Source: Clostridia bacterium (GTDB lineage Bacteria; Bacillota; Clostridia; Oscillospirales; CAG-272). From it: a DNA stretch of 64,000 nt. The translations under genes were made by a program, and so were the position numbers. This document shows positions 9,924 through 20,236 of the stretch, piece by piece (within the stretch, counting starts at the first letter, position 1; every line of letters starts with the position of its first letter). The notes under the pieces were generated by a model. The model did no database searches and was not told the origin of the DNA. It saw nothing but the letters and a program-made list of their open reading frames with translations. The stretch lies in contig JAFTLQ010000006.1 in assembly GCA_017455905.1 (NCBI GenBank), forward strand, positions 7,033 through 71,032. The letters are read 5' to 3'.

Positions 9924-10409
9924 TTACAGATCCGCGATGAGGGCGGCACGGCTCTGACGGTCGAGGGTGCGGTAATCCTCGATCACATAGCGGTTATCGT
10001 CGGCGTCGCGGATGCGGACGTAGCCGTCGGGGCTGACGCGGATGTCGTGGTTGCGGTTGCGTATGTCGAAGCGCTTGCGGCCGCGGTCCGTTTCGACCGT
10101 AAAGCGCAGGGTACCGTATTTTTCTACGGCTTGCACGATGCGCAGGATGCGCGGCACGAGATAATAGTCGGCCAGGCTGTCCTCAACGGTGTGCCGACTG
10201 TCCTCGTTAAGATCCGTCAGTGCGCGCACGACGCACATCTCCTGCCCTTGCTCGTCGAGCAGGGTGATATAGGTGCTCGGCGCGCTGATGGGGAAGAGGC
10301 GGCGCGGCTGAAGTCCGTCCCACGTCCGACCGTCCGACAGGCGAACGGTGACGAGCTGATTTTCAAAGGGGAGGATGCTATCCTTGTCGGACAAAAAGAG
10401 TCGTTCCAT
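9924..10409 (-). CDS. DUF1854-like domain protein
   Basis: PRRLFPIS...YITLLD...YYLVPRI...VETDRG...DADDNRY pattern; downstream of an ABC transporter; ATG at 10409 with RBS. Confidence 0.75.
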   Translation of the reverse strand: MERLFLSDKDSILPFENQLVTVRLSDGRTWDGLQPRRLFPISAPSTYITLLDEQGQEMCVVRALTDLNEDSRHTVEDSLADYYLVPRILRIVQAVEKYGTLRFTVETDRGRKRFDIRNRNHDIRVSPDGYVRIRDADDNRYVIEDYRTLDRQSRAALIADL

Positions 10410-10454
10410 AAAGAAATCCTTTCGTTTTGACAACAATTCTGCGCAAATATAGAC

Positions 10455-12776
10455 TTATAAGCGTTCTTCTTCGCGGAGTTGCTCGGCTTCCTGCGTCATG
10501 GATTGGATCTTGACGAGCTTGTAATATTTGCCCTTGAGTGCCATCAGCTCCTCGGGGGTGCCGTTTTCAATGATGCGGCCGTTATCCACGACGAGGATGC
10601 GGTGGGCGCGGCGCAGGGTGGAGAGGCGGTGGGCGATCATGATGGTCGTTTTTCCGACGATCAGGCGGTCGATGGCCTCTTGAATGAGATGCTCGGTCTC
10701 CGAGTCGACGGCGGCCGTTGCCTCGTCAAAAATGAGAATCGAGGGGTTCTTCAGCACGGCGCGTGCGATGGACAAACGCTGCTTTTCACCGCCCGAAATA
10801 CCCACGCCGCGCTCACCGAGGGTGGTATCGTAGGCGTCGGGCTGTCGGGCGATAAAGCCATGGGCGTTGGCAATATCGGCGGCGTGCATGACATCCTCGA
10901 CGGTGGCGTCGGGATCGCCGTAGGCGATGTTGTTGTAGATGGTGTCGCTGAACATCATCGGATCCTGTTGAACGAAGCCGATGTGGCTGCGGTAGGCAGA
11001 CAGGTCAAGATTTTTGATATTGTGCCCGTCGACGAGGATCTCGCCCGAGTATCCGTCGTAGAAGCGCATGAGCAGGTTGATGATGGTCGATTTGCCCGAG
11101 CCCGTCGTACCGACGATGCCGACGACCTCGCCCGGCTCGACGGTGAAGGACACGTCGTCAAGGACCTTTTTGGTACGGTCAAAGGAAAAGCCGACGTGCA
11201 AAAATTCGATCTTGCCGTCAAGGGTCTGCGGACAGATGTGGCAGTCCTCCTGCGTTTCGGGCTCGGCCTCCAGGATGTCGAGGATCTTTTCGGTGGAGGC
11301 GAGGGCGCTCTGGAAGGAGTCGGAGAGGTTGGCAAAGAAGGACACGGGGTTATAGAACATGGCGGCGTAGGAGATAAAGCTGACGACAAGACCCGCGGAA
11401 TACGTGGGATCGCCGCTGATGACGCGGCTGCCGCCGAAGGCCCAGATGATCAGCGAGCCGCAGGTGATAAAGAAGGACACGCATTGGGGAAAGGCGGTCG
11501 CGATCTTTCCGAGGCGCAGATCCATTGAGAGCCAGTCGTTGTTCTTTTCATCGAAGCGCTCGGAGGAGCGCTTTTCACCGGTAAAGGACTTGATGACCTT
11601 GACGCAGGGGATGGTGTCCGAGAGCGTGGCGAACACGCGCGACCAGCGCCGCCAGATGCGGCGATAATACGGCCGCAGCTTGAGAGAGAAGAAGCGGCTG
11701 AGAAAGACGATGATCGGCACGGGCAGAAGCGATAGCAGCGTCAGCGTCGGATTCAGTGCAAGCATGATCACGATGATGCCCATGAGCTGAAAGGCGTGCA
11801 CGACGGCCTCCTGGGTGATACGCAGGATGAAGGACTGCAGGGTATTGGCGTCACCGGAGATGCGGTTGATGACGGCACCCGTGGAGGTCTTGTCGTAGAA
11901 GCGCATGGGAAGCGTCTGCGCTTTTTTGTAGATATCGGAGCGCAGCGCCGATACCGCACGGTCACCGACGGTACGCATCAGATACGAACGCAGGATGCCG
12001 ACGCCGTACTGCAGGATATAGGTAAAGAGCAGACATAGGATCATCGTCAGCAGCAGCCGCGATGCATCGCCGCCGACGGCACGCTCGATCCACAGAAGCA
12101 CGGCGTTGGTCGATGCACCGCTGCCCGAGGGGAAGACGTTATCGACGATGAAGCCCGTGATCGCGGGAGGGACGAGGGCCATGACGGTGGTGAACAGCGA
12201 CAGGAAGATACAGAAGATGAGCGTCTTCATCTGCGGCTGTATGTATTTGTAGAACTGACGGACGATCTTGGTCTTGGAGCGGCACATGATGCACGAGGCA
12301 CCGGGGTGCAGCAGCGTGCGGCCGCACGTGGGGCAGACGCTGAGGGCGCGCTCAAAGGTGACGGCCATGACGGCGCATTCCTCCGTCAGGTTGGCGCCCT
12401 CCTTGACGTGTGTGATAAACAGCGCGGCCGCATCGCACAGCGCGGCGACGGCGTAGGTATAGCGGAACAGAATATGCCGCCTGCCGTCGGCGAGGACGGC
12501 CGACAGCGTCGCGTTGCCGTACATACGGCGTGCCTGCGGCTCCTGCAGGTCGGCGTAGGCGTACGTTTCGTATACGCCCTCCTCGCCGTCGTAGACGAAC
12601 AGCGCGTCCGACGAAAAGAAAAGGGCGGTATCGGAATATCGGCCGTGTCGGTTGAGGTCACCGACAATGGCAAACAGAATATTCCGTCCGCTCTGTTCAA
12701 TCGATTGTACGACGGTCTGTGCACCGTCGGGGATGGCCTTGTTTTTCAGAATGGTATCCGTGTTCATATCGTCCAC
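10455..12776 (-). CDS. ABC exporter (fused permease + ATPase) with N-terminal extension
   Basis: Walker A GTTGSGKS, ISGGEKQR, ILIFDEAT, IAHRLST; CPTC...CIMC before the TM domain. Confidence 0.92.
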   Translation of the reverse strand: MDDMNTDTILKNKAIPDGAQTVVQSIEQSGRNILFAIVGDLNRHGRYSDTALFFSSDALFVYDGEEGVYETYAYADLQEPQARRMYGNATLSAVLADGRRHILFRYTYAVAALCDAAALFITHVKEGANLTEECAVMAVTFERALSVCPTCGRTLLHPGASCIMCRSKTKIVRQFYKYIQPQMKTLIFCIFLSLFTTVMALVPPAITGFIVDNVFPSGSGASTNAVLLWIERAVGGDASRLLLTMILCLLFTYILQYGVGILRSYLMRTVGDRAVSALRSDIYKKAQTLPMRFYDKTSTGAVINRISGDANTLQSFILRITQEAVVHAFQLMGIIVIMLALNPTLTLLSLLPVPIIVFLSRFFSLKLRPYYRRIWRRWSRVFATLSDTIPCVKVIKSFTGEKRSSERFDEKNNDWLSMDLRLGKIATAFPQCVSFFITCGSLIIWAFGGSRVISGDPTYSAGLVVSFISYAAMFYNPVSFFANLSDSFQSALASTEKILDILEAEPETQEDCHICPQTLDGKIEFLHVGFSFDRTKKVLDDVSFTVEPGEVVGIVGTTGSGKSTIINLLMRFYDGYSGEILVDGHNIKNLDLSAYRSHIGFVQQDPMMFSDTIYNNIAYGDPDATVEDVMHAADIANAHGFIARQPDAYDTTLGERGVGISGGEKQRLSIARAVLKNPSILIFDEATAAVDSETEHLIQEAIDRLIVGKTTIMIAHRLSTLRRAHRILVVDNGRIIENGTPEELMALKGKYYKLVKIQSMTQEAEQLREEERL

Positions 12777-13131
12777 CGTTATTCCTTATTCGCACAGCGT
12801 GCGACATGCCTCAGGCGAGAGGCAACGTTATGAACCCCGATGAGAGGTCGTACCCATTGTAGTATACTTCGGCCGATAAGTCAATGCTTTTTAAAAATTC
12901 GTAAATTTTTGTGACAAATGAAGCGCAAGGGCGGATAACGGTTGACGTGCTTAGCCAAACTGCACATAATGTTTTACAAAAAATTCCGTTTCCTTTTTTG
13001 CGATACGTCCGATCGTGTCGTACGCTTGACGGATGTAAAATTTATCCCCCGCCTTGACAAATGAGAGAAGGTGTGATACAATAGGTACACGACCAAAGAA
13101 ACTACAAGTCCAACTCTTACGGGAGGTATGT

Positions 13132-13278
13132 ATGGATAAACAAGTGACGACCTTTGAGGATGCGCGTTTGACGATCATCCCCTTTGATGCGGAGGATATT
13201 ATTACGACCAGCGGCACCGGCGGTATATACGTGGATGAGGATGGTAACATCGTCCTTCCGACGATCCCTTTTGATTGA
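13132..13278 (+). CDS. 48-aa small peptide, RiPP/lasso-precursor-like
   Basis: GGAGG at 13122, ATG at 13132; own promoter (TTGACA near 13054) and terminator; EDIITTS-G motif. Confidence 0.65.
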   Translation: MDKQVTTFEDARLTIIPFDAEDIITTSGTGGIYVDEDGNIVLPTIPFD

Positions 13279-13307
13279 TCTTTGATCCCCTCTTGCCTAA
13301 TCATATA

Positions 13308-13349
13308 GAGGTTGTCTCAAGCGTGCGTTTGAGACAGCCTTTATTTTTC
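13308..13349 (+). terminator. Rho-independent terminator
   Basis: aggttgtctcaa...ttgagacagcct followed by ttattttt. Confidence 0.8.
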
Positions 13350-13437
13350 ACGCGTGGGTGCGCGATAAGGATTGACTTTTCTCCGCGCCTATGCTACAAT
13401 AGAAAAAACATGCCTTCATCAAAAAAGGAGACCCGTT

Positions 13438-14076
13438 ATGATCCGTGTGGAACGTATATCCGTTATGAATTTTGAAAACGCTATCCGCGGCGCGCGCAAT
13501 CCGCTCAACAGCTGGGCGCGTATGGACAGCTATTACGACCAGGCCGGCCGCTTCGTTCTGGGAGAGAACGATCTGTCCTTGGCGCACCGCCTGGCTAAGG
13601 CAGGCAGCGATCATCGCAAATTCCTTCGTCAGGTCATCGTTACGATGGACATTACCGCTCCCTTATATTGGTGGAAGGAATTCGACACCTACAAGGTCGG
13701 CACGGTGGCGAACTCCACCTCCACGATGCATAAGATTCAGGCCAAGGCCTTTGAAAGAGCCGATTTCGCCTGCGACCGTATGAGCGAGGATGCCCTTGCC
13801 GTGCTGGACGGGGTCATCGCGTATCTGGAGCGCGAGCGCGTTCTGTATAACGAGACCAAGGAGCTCTCGCACTGGCACAACATGATCCAGCTTCTGCCCT
13901 CGTCCTTTATGCAGATGCGTACGGTGACGATGAACTACGAGGTGCTTATCAATATGTACTATGCCCGCCGCCACCACAAGCTGGCCGAATGGCATACGCT
14001 GTGCGACGCCATTGCCGCCTTGCCCTATGCCAACGAGCTGATCCTCGTCAAGGAGACGAAGGGTGAGGAGGCGTAA
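13438..14076 (+). CDS. ThyX/Thy1-like (flavin-dependent thymidylate synthase-like) protein
   Basis: HRKFLRQ...ITAPLYWWKEFDTY...STMH...NYEVL...RRHHKLAEW; RBS AGGAG. Confidence 0.6.
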   Translation: MIRVERISVMNFENAIRGARNPLNSWARMDSYYDQAGRFVLGENDLSLAHRLAKAGSDHRKFLRQVIVTMDITAPLYWWKEFDTYKVGTVANSTSTMHKIQAKAFERADFACDRMSEDALAVLDGVIAYLERERVLYNETKELSHWHNMIQLLPSSFMQMRTVTMNYEVLINMYYARRHHKLAEWHTLCDAIAALPYANELILVKETKGEEA

Positions 14077-14080
14077 GACG

Positions 14081-15013
14081 GTGGGACGATACAGACACGC
14101 ACGGTGCGTGCTCATCTGCCTGCTTCTCATCGTCGCCTGCCTTTTATCCGTGTCCTGCCACGTGCGCGAGGAGGACGCGACACCGATCGATTTCCGTACC
14201 TATCAGACGTACGAGGATTGGCAGGGAGCCGACGGCGAGACGGTGGTCATCCGAGGCTATATGGCAACGGCCACGGCCGCGGGGGACGCCTTCTTCCAAT
14301 TGGTCAACGCGCCGTATACGCGCCGACCGACCGCCGGGGAAAACTCCTTCTTTATTGACGTTTACCCGGCCCGCGGCGAGACCGTCACCGCCGTACCGAC
14401 GGCAGCGATCAAGGTCGTCGGCCGCGTGGAGCTTGCACCGCAGGACAAGCCCTTCGTCGACGAGCTCGGCTACGAAAGCTACGTTCGCCTCGTGGATGCG
14501 ACCTACGCCATCCTGAGCGCCGAGGAGCTGACAGGGGACGCTGCCGTCTGGCGCACAGTCGCCGCCTCGGGACTGATCAACAACGTCATGGACGCCTTCA
14601 ACTACGCGCACTTCGTCTGTGCATGGACGGAGTATACGGGGAAAAACAGCGACGGAACGCAGTTTTATCTGTATCCCGACGATGCGCGCGCGTTTATCAC
14701 CGAGGAGGGCGGACAATACTATTACGGGTACTCCGACGGATATTTCGACCGCCTGTCCGGGCGGGCGATCGACCTCGATGCGCAGGTATGCGCCGAGCTG
14801 TCGGATATTCTTACGGAGCTGGGAGAGCTCAGCGCCGAGGGGCTTGCCTCCCTGAACGGCAACAACTATACGCAGGTCGCCCTGTCGGGCGAGGATATTC
14901 TGTCGGGCTTCGTCGGACACGCCTACGTGCTCAACGATGCCGAGGAGCTGATGGAGGAATACGAGGCGCTGTTTGCGCGTCTGAACGATTGGCTCGCCCG
15001 CTTTGCTCTGTAA
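14081..15013 (+). CDS. Hypothetical lipoprotein
   Basis: Basic N-terminus, hydrophobic stretch, SVSC lipobox-like; GTG start behind GAGGAGG. Confidence 0.7.
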   Translation: MGRYRHARCVLICLLLIVACLLSVSCHVREEDATPIDFRTYQTYEDWQGADGETVVIRGYMATATAAGDAFFQLVNAPYTRRPTAGENSFFIDVYPARGETVTAVPTAAIKVVGRVELAPQDKPFVDELGYESYVRLVDATYAILSAEELTGDAAVWRTVAASGLINNVMDAFNYAHFVCAWTEYTGKNSDGTQFYLYPDDARAFITEEGGQYYYGYSDGYFDRLSGRAIDLDAQVCAELSDILTELGELSAEGLASLNGNNYTQVALSGEDILSGFVGHAYVLNDAEELMEEYEALFARLNDWLARFAL

Positions 15014-15105
15014 GAGGGGCGACGGTAGCAGGAGCAAGATAAAAAACGACCGACGTACGTCGGGTCCGCCGAGCGGGTGCCCGACGTACGGTTGGAGAAA
15101 TATCT

Positions 15106-17229
15106 ATGGAAAACTGGAAAAAACAAGCGATCAATCTACTCATGGGCATGACGCTGGAGGAAAAGGCAGACCCTTCGGTATGCGCGTACACGCCGTCCAA
15201 GACGCAGCTTAGTGCCGTCGAGGAGCACGGACGCCGTACGGCCTCACCCGAGCGTCACGGGGTATCCTCCCGACGCCTTTGTCAGCTGTTAGAGGCCCTG
15301 GAGGCCGAGGAGCGTGCCAACGTACGCACGGTGTACGCCGTTAAGGACGGCCACGTCCTGCTGGACGCCTCGCGCCCCGGCTTTGATTCCCATACCTTTT
15401 ACTTATCGCATTCCATGGCCAAGAGCGTGACGGGTATGCTCATCGGCACGCTGGTCGATGAGGGGGCGCTGTCGCTTTCGGACACGGTGGCGAGTTTCTT
15501 CCCCGAATACACCTACAAGGACCGTCGCTTTGCGAGCATGACCGTGGAGCATCTTCTGATCATGTCCTCGGGCGTTCCCTTCGCCGAGGTCGGCGTGGTC
15601 ACGGAGGTCGATTGGGGCCGTGCCTTCTTTTCTTCGACGCTCAGCTTTGCCCCCGGTAAGGAATTTATGTACAACAGCATGAATTCCTACATCCTCGGCC
15701 GCATTGCGGAAAAGGTCAGCGGCAAGGATCTGTTTTCGCTCGCCAAGGAGCGTCTGTTTGAGCCGCTCGGCATTGACAACGCCTTTTGGGAGAGGGATGC
15801 ACAGGGGCACGCCAAGGGCGGCTTCGGTCTGTATCTGTCCGCTGCCTCATGGGCCAAGCTCGGCTCGCTGTACGTTTCGGGCGGCGTGTATAACGGCCGC
15901 CGCTTGCTCAGCGAATCCTGGATCGAGCAGTCAAGCGCCGCGCATATGCAAACACCCGCGAGCCTCGGTGATTTTGATTACGGCTATCACGTCTGGGTCA
16001 ACCGCATGGGGGGCGAGGTGCTCTTCAACGGTATGCTCGGACAAAACGTGTGGATCCGTCCGAGCACCGGCACGGTCGCGGTCATTCTGTCGGGCAACAG
16101 CGAGCTGTTTCAGCAGAGTCCGGCACTGTCGCTTTTGCGTACGTATCTGTTCGATCTGCCCGAAGGGGAGCGGGCGAGTCTGTCGGAGCGCCGACGCTTG
16201 CGCCGCAAGCAAAAGGAATTCTTTAAAAACCGTACGCCCGTGACGCCTAAGCCACCCGTGCGCGGCCTTTGGGCAGCCGTTACGGGCAAGGGACGCCATC
16301 CCTTTGACGCGGCGTGGGAGCCCATGCTCGGCACCTATTGCCTGCAGGAGAATAACGCCGCCCTTCTTCCTATGTTCGTCCGCCTGATGCAAAACAATTA
16401 CGAGACGGACGGTATCCGCACCCTGACCTTCCTGCGCGAGGACGAGGAGCTGTATATGGAGCTTCTGATCGGTGCGTCGACCTATCGCCTTCCCGTCGGT
16501 CTGTACGACTATCGCACGTGTACGCTTTCGGTAGGCGGCGAGAGCTATATCGTTCGCACGCGGGCACAGGCGGTGACCGACGGGGAGGGGGCATGCTCGT
16601 ATACGATCGAGTGTGTGTTCCCCGAGCTGCCGAACACGCGCATCATTCAGCTCTATCCGAGCGAGCAGGGGCGCCTGCGCGTCGTGCTCCGTGAGCTTCC
16701 GGATCAGCGATTGCTGGAGTCCTTCCGCAACTCCTTCCTCTCTCCCGGTGCCAAGGGATCGATGATCTTCGGCCTGCTGCAACGGTACATGGGCGAGGGC
16801 TTCTTGGAGGAAAAGGCGACGTCCGTCTTTGAAAAATCCATCATGGGCGGCCTTGCCTCACATCCGGATACAGAGGCCTATTTGCAAGAGCTTTCGGTCG
16901 AAAGGACAACAAGACTTAACAAATATGCTACTATCCAAGGATTGATCCGCCGCTTCGTCGGCTCGGATGACACGCCAAGCGAGTCGGAGGACTCGCCCGA
17001 GCAGACGCAGGAAAAGGGCGGCTCGTGGTTTGACACCGTCATGTCCGCCTTTCGCTTCGGACGCGGACGTGCCCGCCGAAGCACACCCGACGGGGCGCCG
17101 ACCGACATTCCGGTCACCGACGCGCCGACGGATGTATCGGAGGTCATGCCGACGGAGGACGTGAGTGATGGACCCACGGCGGTACCGAGTGACGAGTCGA
17201 TCTCCGAGAATAAAGATCAACGTATATAA
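15106..17229 (+). CDS. Serine hydrolase (beta-lactamase/class C-like fold) with C-terminal extension
   Basis: SxxK (SMAK), YNS motif, GMLGQ; low-complexity PTD-rich tail. Confidence 0.85.
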   Translation: MENWKKQAINLLMGMTLEEKADPSVCAYTPSKTQLSAVEEHGRRTASPERHGVSSRRLCQLLEALEAEERANVRTVYAVKDGHVLLDASRPGFDSHTFYLSHSMAKSVTGMLIGTLVDEGALSLSDTVASFFPEYTYKDRRFASMTVEHLLIMSSGVPFAEVGVVTEVDWGRAFFSSTLSFAPGKEFMYNSMNSYILGRIAEKVSGKDLFSLAKERLFEPLGIDNAFWERDAQGHAKGGFGLYLSAASWAKLGSLYVSGGVYNGRRLLSESWIEQSSAAHMQTPASLGDFDYGYHVWVNRMGGEVLFNGMLGQNVWIRPSTGTVAVILSGNSELFQQSPALSLLRTYLFDLPEGERASLSERRRLRRKQKEFFKNRTPVTPKPPVRGLWAAVTGKGRHPFDAAWEPMLGTYCLQENNAALLPMFVRLMQNNYETDGIRTLTFLREDEELYMELLIGASTYRLPVGLYDYRTCTLSVGGESYIVRTRAQAVTDGEGACSYTIECVFPELPNTRIIQLYPSEQGRLRVVLRELPDQRLLESFRNSFLSPGAKGSMIFGLLQRYMGEGFLEEKATSVFEKSIMGGLASHPDTEAYLQELSVERTTRLNKYATIQGLIRRFVGSDDTPSESEDSPEQTQEKGGSWFDTVMSAFRFGRGRARRSTPDGAPTDIPVTDAPTDVSEVMPTEDVSDGPTAVPSDESISENKDQRI

Positions 17230-17258
17230 GATACTAAAGTATAGGAGAACAGAATACC

Positions 17259-20147
17259 ATGAAAGAACAGCAAGTCCTTCACGGCTTCCGTGTCACGCGC
17301 GTACGGTCTCTGGCAGAGATCGACGCCACCATGTACGAGATGGTGTATGAGAAGAACGGTGCACAGCTCGTCTACCTGGATCGTAAGGATACCAATAAGA
17401 CCTTTGCCATCGCCTTCAAGACCATTCCCGACGACGATACGGGCGTCTTCCACATCATCGAGCATTCGGTGCTCTGCGGCTCGCAGAAGTATCCGACCAA
17501 GGATCCCTTCGTTGAGCTTCTCAAGGGCTCCTTGCAGACCTTCCTTAATGCCTTTACCTTCCCCGACAAGACGATGTATCCCGTCTGTAGCCGTAACGAC
17601 AAGGACTTTCTGAACCTGATCGACGTCTATATGGACGCCGTGTTGCATCCGCAGATCCTGCATAAGCCGGAGATCTTCTATCAGGAGGGCTGGCACTACG
17701 AATGGACCTGTCGTGACGAGGAGCCGACCTACAAGGGTGTCGTATTCAACGAGATGAAGGGTGCGTATTCCTCGGTCGACGGTCTGGTCGAAGAAAAGAT
17801 GTCCGCTCTTTTGTATCCCGACAACTGTTACGGCAAGGATTCGGGCGGCGACCCCGTGCATATTCCCGAGCTTACCTACGAAAAATTCGTGGCTTGCCAC
17901 GCCAAATATTATCATCCCTCCAACGCCCGCATCTTCCTTGACGGAACGATGAACCTTGACGACGTGCTGGCCAAGATCGACAGCTTCCTGTCGGAGTACG
18001 AGCGTCTGGAGCTTTGTGCCGACATTCCCGATCAGGCACCGATCGGCGACGTTTGCTCCGAGGCCGAGTACGAGCTGTCCGAGAGCGAGGACGAGCACGC
18101 CAAGGTGCGTCTGACGCTCGGCTTTATGGGCTTCCCCTATCACGCACAGCGCGAGGGCGTGGCGCTGTCACTTCTGACCTCGGTGCTTTGCGGCTCTAAC
18201 GAGGCGCCTCTTAAGCAGGCTCTTCTCAGCCGTCACCTGTGCCAGGACGTCAATATTATCTATCAGGATGGCATCCAGCAAAGCTCGGTGCAGATCGATA
18301 TTCAGAACATCGAGGAGTCCAATATCGACGAGATCCGTACCGTCGTCTACGACGTTCTGCGTGAGGCGGCAAACGGTGCCCTTGAGCCTGCCCGTATGAC
18401 GGCGGCGCTCAACAGTCTGGAGTTCCGTCTGCGTGAGCGCGACTTCGGTCGTTTCCCCCGCGGCCTTGTTTACGCGATGTCCTCGCTGGAGTCGTGGCTG
18501 TACGGCGGCGACCCGGCACAGAATCTGTGCTACGACGAAACGCTCGCCTTCCTGCGTGAGCATCTGACTGACGGATATTTCGAGGATCTCATCCGTCGTC
18601 TGTTCCTTGAAAGCGATCACCGCGCGACGCTCATCCTGAAGCCCTCCAAGACGCTGGCTGACCGCCGTCTGGCCGAGGAGCGTGCACGCCTTCAGCAGGC
18701 AAAGGCCTCCTTCTCCGAGACGCAGATCGAGCAGATCCTCTCGCTCAACCGCCGCCTGGCTGAGTGGCAGCAGACCCCTGACACGCCCGAGGCGATCGCC
18801 TCGCTGCCTGCGCTGTCGCTGTCGGACATCTCCGACAAGCCCGAGCCCAAGCCTCTGACGGTCACCGAGGCGGACGGTGTCACCGTGCTGACGCACGACG
18901 TACCTACCGCCGGCATTCTGTATACCGATCTGTATTTCAACGTGGCCGATGCCAAGGCGGAGGAGCTGCCGCTTTTGTCGCTGCTTTGTCATCTGTTCAC
19001 GCACACGGCGACCGAGGATCGTGACGCGCTTGCCGTACAGGACCGCATTAAGACGCACCTCGGCTATCTGTCCATGACCCTCACTCCCGTGTCCGTCGGT
19101 ACGGCTGCTGAGCGGGCGAAGCTGTATCTGGACGTTGCCAGCGGCGTTCTGGAAAAAAATAAGGAGATGCTTCCCGACATTCTCCGTGAGCTCTTCTTCC
19201 GCTCCAAGCTTGACAACCGTGAGCAGATCCACAACATCCTTCGTCAGATCAAGATGGAGCAGGAGGCCTTCCTTCTCTCCGCCGGTCATCAGGTCGGAGT
19301 CAGCCGTACCATGGCGGCTCTGACGGCGGCGGGTGCGATCGCCGAGCTGAGCAAGGGCTACAGCTTCTACGCTTGGGTCAAGGAGATCGAGGAGAGCTTT
19401 GACGAGCGCGCGGACGAGCTGATGGCGTCCCTTGCCTCGCTGATGAAGCGTTATCTGACGCGTGACCGCCTGCTTCTGTCGGTCAGCGGTGCGTGCGAGC
19501 CGAGCTTCATCCATACACTCATCGAATGCTTGCCCGTCGACGGTGTCAACGCACCGACCTTCGTTTCGATCGCTCCCATGGGCGTCAAGCGTGAGGGTAT
19601 CCGCATTCCCTCGCAGATCTCGTACGCCGTTCGTGCTGCACAGCTGCCCACCTACACGGGTGCGATGGCCGTAGCCGAGGGACTGCTCTCGTATGAATAC
19701 CTGTGGAATCGCATCCGCGTACAGGGCGGTGCGTACGGCGCCGGTCAGGGCGTGCGCAAAAACGGATATACCTTCCTGTATACCTATCGCGATCCCGACG
19801 CTGCACGTTCCCTTGGCGTCTTTGATACGGTCGCCTCGTATCTGCGCTCGTTTGCCGAGGGCGGCGAGAGCGTGGAGAAGTATATTATCGGCGCGATCGG
19901 CAGCTCGGAGCCGCTTATGTCGCCCCGTGCCCTTGGTGACGCCGCCAATGCCGAATACCTGAGCGGTACAAGCTACGAGGATGCCTGCCGCATCCGTCGC
20001 GAGATGCTGGCGACGACGTCGAAGGAGCTTTGCGAGATCGCCGATATGCTGGAGCGCGCTCTGGCGAACGGCGCGGTATGCGTCGTCGGCGGCAAGGATA
20101 AGCTGGCCGCCTGCGATGGATGCCTCGATACGGTCTTTGATATGTAA
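17259..20147 (+). CDS. M16C insulinase-family / presequence-protease-like metallopeptidase
   Basis: HIIEH (HxxEH), FLNAFTFPDKTMYP, GVVFNEMKG, IRVQGGAYG, YRDP. Confidence 0.95.
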   Translation: MKEQQVLHGFRVTRVRSLAEIDATMYEMVYEKNGAQLVYLDRKDTNKTFAIAFKTIPDDDTGVFHIIEHSVLCGSQKYPTKDPFVELLKGSLQTFLNAFTFPDKTMYPVCSRNDKDFLNLIDVYMDAVLHPQILHKPEIFYQEGWHYEWTCRDEEPTYKGVVFNEMKGAYSSVDGLVEEKMSALLYPDNCYGKDSGGDPVHIPELTYEKFVACHAKYYHPSNARIFLDGTMNLDDVLAKIDSFLSEYERLELCADIPDQAPIGDVCSEAEYELSESEDEHAKVRLTLGFMGFPYHAQREGVALSLLTSVLCGSNEAPLKQALLSRHLCQDVNIIYQDGIQQSSVQIDIQNIEESNIDEIRTVVYDVLREAANGALEPARMTAALNSLEFRLRERDFGRFPRGLVYAMSSLESWLYGGDPAQNLCYDETLAFLREHLTDGYFEDLIRRLFLESDHRATLILKPSKTLADRRLAEERARLQQAKASFSETQIEQILSLNRRLAEWQQTPDTPEAIASLPALSLSDISDKPEPKPLTVTEADGVTVLTHDVPTAGILYTDLYFNVADAKAEELPLLSLLCHLFTHTATEDRDALAVQDRIKTHLGYLSMTLTPVSVGTAAERAKLYLDVASGVLEKNKEMLPDILRELFFRSKLDNREQIHNILRQIKMEQEAFLLSAGHQVGVSRTMAALTAAGAIAELSKGYSFYAWVKEIEESFDERADELMASLASLMKRYLTRDRLLLSVSGACEPSFIHTLIECLPVDGVNAPTFVSIAPMGVKREGIRIPSQISYAVRAAQLPTYTGAMAVAEGLLSYEYLWNRIRVQGGAYGAGQGVRKNGYTFLYTYRDPDAARSLGVFDTVASYLRSFAEGGESVEKYIIGAIGSSEPLMSPRALGDAANAEYLSGTSYEDACRIRREMLATTSKELCEIADMLERALANGAVCVVGGKDKLAACDGCLDTVFDM

Positions 20148-20181
20148 GTTTTTCATCCAATCGGTAATCGTCATAAAGAAC

Positions 20182-20233
20182 AAAAAAGAGCATGGAATTG
20201 TAAGCTTTTGCTTGCAATTCCATGTTCTTTTTT
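20182..20233. terminator. Bidirectional terminator
   Basis: aaaaaagagcatggaattgtaagc...gcttgcaattccatgttctttttt between convergent genes. Confidence 0.85.
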
Positions 20234-20236
20234 GTA

